This document shows, piece after piece, positions 59,291-64,000 of a stretch of 64,000 bases of DNA. The DNA is from Bacteroidota bacterium (GTDB lineage Bacteria > Bacteroidota > Bacteroidia > Bacteroidales > SZUA-534): contig QKGS01000040.1 of assembly GCA_003250355.1 (NCBI GenBank), positions 70,762 through 134,761 on the forward strand. The letters run 5' to 3'. The notes beneath the pieces were generated by a model that searched no databases, was not told the origin of the DNA, and saw only the letters and a program-made list of their open reading frames with translations. The stretch's first letter is position 1. Each line of letters begins with the position of its first letter. The position numbers and the translations under genes were made by a program.

Positions 59291-60715
59291 ATGAAGCAGG
59301 CAAGAAATACAAAGCAATTTCTAAAGTATTTTATACCCGATTATCTGGCAGCAGTTATATCGTGGACACTGTTTTATCTTTTCCGTAAAGAATACATAGG
59401 ATCAACAATATACGGTTATGAATATTCCATAACTCTTGATAAGGCATATTATATGGGAGTAATTATAGTCCCTTTGTTTTGGGTGTTGTTATATTATTTG
59501 AATGGAGAATACCGAAGAGTTTTTAAAAAATCGCGACTTCAAGAAATTGGGAATACAATATTTGCAACAACACTAGGGGTAATACTAATATTTTTTGCGC
59601 TCATACTTGATGATGAGATACATAGTTATAAGAATTATTATCAGTCGTTTGCTTTTTTGTGGGTTGTTCATTTTGCATTAACATATGTTCCCAGATTAAT
59701 AACAACAACAAAAACAGCACATTTAATACAAAGCCGTTCTATTGGTTTTAATACTCTAATTATAGGAAGTAATCAGGAAGCGTTAGAGGTATATGAGGAG
59801 TATTTACAGGGTGCAAAGTCGGCAGGGAACAGGTTTGTAGGGTTTATTACTATCAATGGTGATTCAACCGATCCGTTAAGCGACCACCTTCCATATTTGG
59901 GTAAGATATCGAATTTACAAGAGTTGGTGAAAGAGCATAAAATTGAAGAGGTAATTATTGCAATAGAGCCATCGGAGAGGGCAAAAATTCAGATGATTCT
60001 TATAAAAGCAAAATCATGCGATGTAACTATCAAAGCGATACCCGATTTGCTTGATATACTGTCGGGAACAGTAAGAATGTCGTCGCTGTTTGGCGTGCCT
60101 TTAGTTGAGCTTTCTCATGGAGTAATGCCTGTGTGGCAAGAGAGTACAAAACGAGCAATTGATGTATTCTTTTCAATGCTTGCGTTAATAATACTATCTC
60201 CATTTTTTATAGTAATAGCTATTATTATTAAAGCAACCTCAAAAGGGGCGGTTTTTTATACACATGAGCGGATAGGTAGATATGGAAAGCCATTTTCAAT
60301 ATATAAGTTTAGGTCAATGTATATTGATGCTGAGAAGCATGGTCCGGCACTATCGAAAGACGATGACCCTCGCGTTACAAGCATAGGACGGTTTATGCGG
60401 AAAACACGTGTAGATGAGTTGCCTCAGTTTTTTAATGTTATTAAAGGTGATATGTCGCTTGTGGGGCCACGTCCGGAGCGCCAGTTTTTTATTAATCAGA
60501 TTGTAGAGAGAGCTCCGGAGTACCAGTTATTGATGAAAGTGCGTCCCGGAATTACATCGTGGGGGCAGGTTAAGTATGGATATGCCGAAAATGTTGATGA
60601 AATGATTGAACGATTGCGATATGATATTATTTATATAGAAAATATGTCGCTTTATGTTGATCTTAAAATAATGATATATACTATTAAAACAGTATTTGAA
60701 GGTAGTGGCAAGTAG
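59291..60715 (+). CDS. polyprenyl-phosphate glycosyl-1-phosphate transferase (WbaP/EpsB-type bacterial sugar transferase)
   Basis: 474 aa. N-terminal TM bundle, central Rossmann-like domain, and C-terminal sugar-transferase domain (KRAIDV...IYKFRSM...DELPQFFNVIKGDMSLVGPRPE). Confidence 0.9.
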   Translation: MKQARNTKQFLKYFIPDYLAAVISWTLFYLFRKEYIGSTIYGYEYSITLDKAYYMGVIIVPLFWVLLYYLNGEYRRVFKKSRLQEIGNTIFATTLGVILIFFALILDDEIHSYKNYYQSFAFLWVVHFALTYVPRLITTTKTAHLIQSRSIGFNTLIIGSNQEALEVYEEYLQGAKSAGNRFVGFITINGDSTDPLSDHLPYLGKISNLQELVKEHKIEEVIIAIEPSERAKIQMILIKAKSCDVTIKAIPDLLDILSGTVRMSSLFGVPLVELSHGVMPVWQESTKRAIDVFFSMLALIILSPFFIVIAIIIKATSKGAVFYTHERIGRYGKPFSIYKFRSMYIDAEKHGPALSKDDDPRVTSIGRFMRKTRVDELPQFFNVIKGDMSLVGPRPERQFFINQIVERAPEYQLLMKVRPGITSWGQVKYGYAENVDEMIERLRYDIIYIENMSLYVDLKIMIYTIKTVFEGSGK

Positions 60716-60856
60716 TTTTTAGCCATTAAACTATCTGATTAATTGGTTGTTAATTTCCATATTAAAATTGACAATTCTCATCTTATTTCTACAGTCAGGG
60801 AAAGGAATAATTTTTATCTTTGGCGTCGTTATCAAAAAAAATACAATTTACTTAAT

Positions 60857-62161
60857 ATGAAGAATATCAACTTTGTTTCAGCAGAGGAAGCTGTAAAGGT
60901 TATAAAGACCGGAGATCGTGTGCACTTGAGTAGTGTTGCTGTTACGCCTCATAAGCTAATTAGAGCTATGGTTGAACGTGGTCGCAGAAAAGAGATTCAT
61001 GACGTAAAAGTTCAACATATACATATTGAGGAGAAGGTTGATTTTGCAGACCCTGAATTTGAAGGAATATTTATATCGGAGCAGTTTTTTGTGGGGGCAA
61101 ACCTACGTAAACAAACGCAAGCCGGTTTTGCTGATTATATTCCAATTTTTTTAAGTGAAACTCAAAAGCTGATAAGAGAAGGTTACTTAAAGGTGAATGT
61201 TGCACTTATAATGTGTTCAGTACCCGATAAGCATGGGTTTGTTTCTCTTGGAACATCAGTAGATGCCACACTTGCAGCTATTGAAGATGCCGATGTTGTT
61301 ATTGCAGCAGTAAACCCGAATGTACCTAGAGCATGGGGCGATGCAATGATTCCTATGAATATGATTGATTATTTTGTAGAAGATGACAGTCCGCTATATG
61401 CACATGGAATGGCTGAGTTATCGGAGCTTGATATTCAAATAGGTAAAAATGTAGCACAGCTTATTGAAGATGGAGCTTGTTTGCAAATGGGCATTGGAGG
61501 TATTCCTAATGCGGTACTTGCTCAGTTGGGTAATCACAAAGATTTAGGTGTACATACCGAAATGTTTGCCGATGGTATTCTTCCGCTTGTAGAAAAAGGG
61601 GTTGTAAACGGAAAGCGCAAACAAATAGATAAAGGAAAGATGGTAGCTTCGTTTCTTATGGGTTCGCAAAAATTGTACGATTTTATTGACGATAATCCCA
61701 TGGTTGCAATGATGGACGTAAAGCATACCAATAGTGTAGATATAATACGTAAAAACGACAGAGTAACAGCTATTAATTCGGCACTTGCCATAGATATTAC
61801 CGGACAAGTATGTGCCGATTCTATTGGTACTAAGCACTATTCGGGAGTTGGAGGGCAGATTGACTTTATTCGCGGAGCAGGGTATTCAAAAGGGGGTAAA
61901 CCAATTATTGCAATGCCATCGGTTACAGCTAAGGGAATATCAAAAATATCACCTACTCTTATTGAAGGTTCAGGTGTTGTTACTACTCGTTCTAATATGC
62001 ACTGGTTTGTTACAGAGTTTGGTGCAGTTAATCTTTATGGTAAAACTCTTCAGGAAAGAGCAAAACTAATTATAAGTATCGCTCACCCTGACCACAGAGA
62101 GTGTTTAGATAAAGCTGCATTTGAACGATTTGGGTCGCATTATCATTTTGTAAGAAAATAA
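60857..62161 (+). CDS. acetyl-CoA hydrolase/transferase family protein (4-hydroxybutyrate/succinate CoA-transferase-like)
   Basis: 434 aa from the ATG at 60857; the track start at 60743 is a TTG. Motifs: AEEAVKVIKTGDRV, LQMGIGGIPNAV, GVGGQIDFIRGA. Confidence 0.85.
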   Translation: MKNINFVSAEEAVKVIKTGDRVHLSSVAVTPHKLIRAMVERGRRKEIHDVKVQHIHIEEKVDFADPEFEGIFISEQFFVGANLRKQTQAGFADYIPIFLSETQKLIREGYLKVNVALIMCSVPDKHGFVSLGTSVDATLAAIEDADVVIAAVNPNVPRAWGDAMIPMNMIDYFVEDDSPLYAHGMAELSELDIQIGKNVAQLIEDGACLQMGIGGIPNAVLAQLGNHKDLGVHTEMFADGILPLVEKGVVNGKRKQIDKGKMVASFLMGSQKLYDFIDDNPMVAMMDVKHTNSVDIIRKNDRVTAINSALAIDITGQVCADSIGTKHYSGVGGQIDFIRGAGYSKGGKPIIAMPSVTAKGISKISPTLIEGSGVVTTRSNMHWFVTEFGAVNLYGKTLQERAKLIISIAHPDHRECLDKAAFERFGSHYHFVRK

Positions 62162-62168
62162 ATAAAAA

Positions 62169-62197
62169 AGCTGTCTGGATAGGGCAGCTTTTTTTTT
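62169..62197 (+). terminator. intrinsic terminator
   Basis: AGCTGTC-loop-GGCAGCT hairpin followed by a run of nine T. Confidence 0.8.
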
Positions 62198-62261
62198 AAA
62201 TTGTATTTCACGAACACATTTTTTTTGTTTCTTGCAGAGATAAAGAAAGAGTATAAGTATT

Positions 62262-62957
62262 ATGGCGTTAAAGGCAAATAAATCATCGGCAACACTGATG
62301 GATCCAATAGGTCGCTTAATGGGATTACGTTATAAATCTCATCCGTGGCATGGAGTTGATATTGGTGATAATGCACCAGATGAGGTTACATCGTTTATAG
62401 AGATGGTACCTACCGATACAGTAAAATACGAAGTAGATAAGCGTACCGGTTACTTAACTATAGACCGACCGCAGAAGTATTCGAATGTAATACCGGCGTT
62501 ATATGGGTTTTTACCTCAAACATATTGCGGTAAGCGTGTAGGGGAGTATTGTATGGCAAAAACCGGACGTACCAATATTAAAGGTGATGGTGATCCGCTC
62601 GATATAGTAGTACTTACCGAAAAGGATATTACCCATGGCGATATATTGGTGCATTCTATCCCTATTGGCGGATTTAGAATGCTAGATGGCAACGATGCTG
62701 ACGATAAGATTATATCTGTATTGCGCGATGATGCTACTTATGGACATATCAGAGATATTTCGGAAATACCGGCAATAGTTACTGATAGGTTGAGACATTA
62801 TTTTTTAACATATAAAGATATACCGGGCGATGATACCGGTAAAACTGAAATTCCTCATGTGTATGGCCCGGCTGAAGCTAAAGAGGTTATTTCGGCGGCA
62901 ATGGACGATTATATTGATTGGCTTGACAATATTCATAATGCATTGGCAAGCGTTTAG
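62262..62957 (+). CDS. ppa: inorganic diphosphatase (family I, extended form)
   Basis: 231 aa. HPWHGV, YEVDK.TG, and GDGDPLDIVVL metal-binding motifs. Confidence 0.8.
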   Translation: MALKANKSSATLMDPIGRLMGLRYKSHPWHGVDIGDNAPDEVTSFIEMVPTDTVKYEVDKRTGYLTIDRPQKYSNVIPALYGFLPQTYCGKRVGEYCMAKTGRTNIKGDGDPLDIVVLTEKDITHGDILVHSIPIGGFRMLDGNDADDKIISVLRDDATYGHIRDISEIPAIVTDRLRHYFLTYKDIPGDDTGKTEIPHVYGPAEAKEVISAAMDDYIDWLDNIHNALASV

Positions 62958-63075
62958 ATAGTGGGCAAAATATTAAGGTTTCATATATCTTATTGATTGT
63001 AAATATGTTATTTGTGTTGAAAGAAAACTCAAAGGGGGAGTAGTTTCAGCATTTCCAATTTAATAAATACTGATT

Positions 63076-64000
63076 GTGTATAGAGCGAGTTGTGTTGTAG
63101 CAGTAGTTATTCTTTTATTTTCATTCTCATGTACAGAGAAAAGCATAAAAGAAGCAGTTTTAAAAAAAGAGTTTACATATAGTTGCGAGCAGAAATCACA
63201 ACTTGAAGAACTATTTAATAAGTACGATGAAAACAGAAGATTTCATGGTGTTTTATTGGTTGGTCAAAAGGATAGTGTTTTTTTCTCGCAGGCAGCCGGA
63301 ATAGCAAATCATTACACAAACGATAGTATTACTTTAAGCTCATCGTTCCAGCTTGCTTCTGTTTCAAAGCAATTTACAGCGGTAGCAATACTCAAACTTT
63401 ACCAAGAGGGAAAATTGAAACTTACCGATTCTGTTCAACGCTATTTTCCCGATTTTCCTTACTATGGAATAACTATTCATATGCTATTGGTACATAGGTC
63501 GGGATTACCCAATTATCACTATTTTATGAATTATATTCCTACATCATATGACACCTTACTTACAAATACCGATTTGGTAAATGAACTTATAAACAGGCAG
63601 CCGTCAATATATTGCAAACCCGACAGAAAGTATTCGTATAGCAATACAGGGTATGCTCTGTTAGCCTCGATAGTTGAAAAGGTATCGGGGAAGCTATTTG
63701 CCGATTATTTGAAAGAAGAGATATTCCAACCACTGGGAATGCACAACTCCTTTGCATACAGAGCAGACAGAACAACGTTGTATCCACCCAGAGTTACAGG
63801 TTATATTCGATACTGGCGTGAGGCCGAAGATAACTATCTCGACGGGGTGCTTGGCGATAAAGGTGTATATTCAAGTGCATACGATCTTTTTTTATGGGAT
63901 CAGAGTTTGTATAAAGGGACAATTGTACACACCGATACACTTGCTTTGGCATTTCAGCCAATGGGAAGACCTTTGAAGGCAAGAATTAATTACGGATATG
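63076..64000 (+). CDS. serine hydrolase, beta-lactamase/transpeptidase-like (3'-truncated by the window edge)
   Basis: Open frame to the window end, absent from the ORF track because it has no stop. Probable GVG start at 63076 reading GTG, giving a lipoprotein-like signal (VVAVVILLFSFSC). SxxK motif SVSKQF and YSN motif (YSYSNTGY). Confidence 0.75.
   Translation, partial: MYRASCVVAVVILLFSFSCTEKSIKEAVLKKEFTYSCEQKSQLEELFNKYDENRRFHGVLLVGQKDSVFFSQAAGIANHYTNDSITLSSSFQLASVSKQFTAVAILKLYQEGKLKLTDSVQRYFPDFPYYGITIHMLLVHRSGLPNYHYFMNYIPTSYDTLLTNTDLVNELINRQPSIYCKPDRKYSYSNTGYALLASIVEKVSGKLFADYLKEEIFQPLGMHNSFAYRADRTTLYPPRVTGYIRYWREAEDNYLDGVLGDKGVYSSAYDLFLWDQSLYKGTIVHTDTLALAFQPMGRPLKARINYGY

Noticed and set aside
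60743-60856. N-terminal extensions in the ORF track (also 5024-5062, 14449-14511, 29108-29125, 48645-48704, 50756-50884 and 327-335)
   Set aside because: They begin at TTG or GTG, or otherwise run through promoter boxes or terminators. They add non-conserved, often hydrophobic or junk-like residues ahead of canonical N-termini, so the downstream ATG starts are preferred.
3646-62197. Whether the many GC-rich hairpins (3646, 21086, 24324, 33061, 34581, 38436, 44907, 48648, 54721, 55672, 62169) are REP elements serviced by the RAYT-like gene
   Set aside because: Their stem sequences are all different, and each is followed by a T-run at a gene end. They therefore behave as ordinary intrinsic terminators, not as a repeat family.
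1-64000. CRISPR arrays, prophage/integrase genes, restriction-modification or other defence systems, rRNA genes, riboswitches (including a SAH element upstream of ahcY)
   Set aside because: None was recognisable by eye. The ahcY upstream spacer is only 72 nt, AT-rich and without conserved structure.

Overview
AT-rich chromosomal segment with the hallmarks of a Bacteroidota genome. Many units carry TAnnTTTG -7 promoter boxes, there are essentially no Shine-Dalgarno sequences, ftsL is of the FtsL_2 type, a DUF4834-like gene is present, and the dcw cluster lacks murF and ddl. The core of the window is a complete, tightly coupled division/cell-wall cluster, mraZ-rsmH-ftsL-ftsI-murE-mraY-murD-ftsW-murG-murC-ftsQ-ftsA-ftsZ (5296-20686), preceded by a clear phased MraZ operator. 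The rest is mostly housekeeping. This includes rplU, glyQS, proA, aspS, a class I/II aminotransferase, leuS, hpt, adk, nadB, ahcY, dCMP deaminase, tadA, dprA, recQ, ppa, tRNA-His(GTG) and tRNA-Leu(CAA). It also includes envelope and miscellaneous genes: an M23 peptidase, an S41 peptidase, NamZ/DUF1343, GT9, a WbaP-type sugar transferase and a MORN-repeat protein. Most convergent or terminal gene ends carry clean intrinsic terminators. I see no CRISPR array, prophage, defence island or intact insertion sequence; the only mobile-element-related gene is a solitary RAYT-like Y1 transposase homolog. I did not find a convincing multi-gene novel system. The observations most worth a second look are: (1) a promoter + 32-codon alanine-rich mini-ORF + strong terminator unit upstream of the aminotransferase/aspS genes, with alternative pairings typical of a leader-peptide attenuator; (2) a perfect 30-bp duplication of the tRNA-Leu 5' end plus its upstream flank, bracketing a structured 68-nt insert inside the same predicted transcript; (3) a U32 'peptidase' (RNA/quinone hydroxylase family) gene followed by a single-cluster ferredoxin gene. 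All product calls come from motif and sequence recognition by eye; no database search was run.
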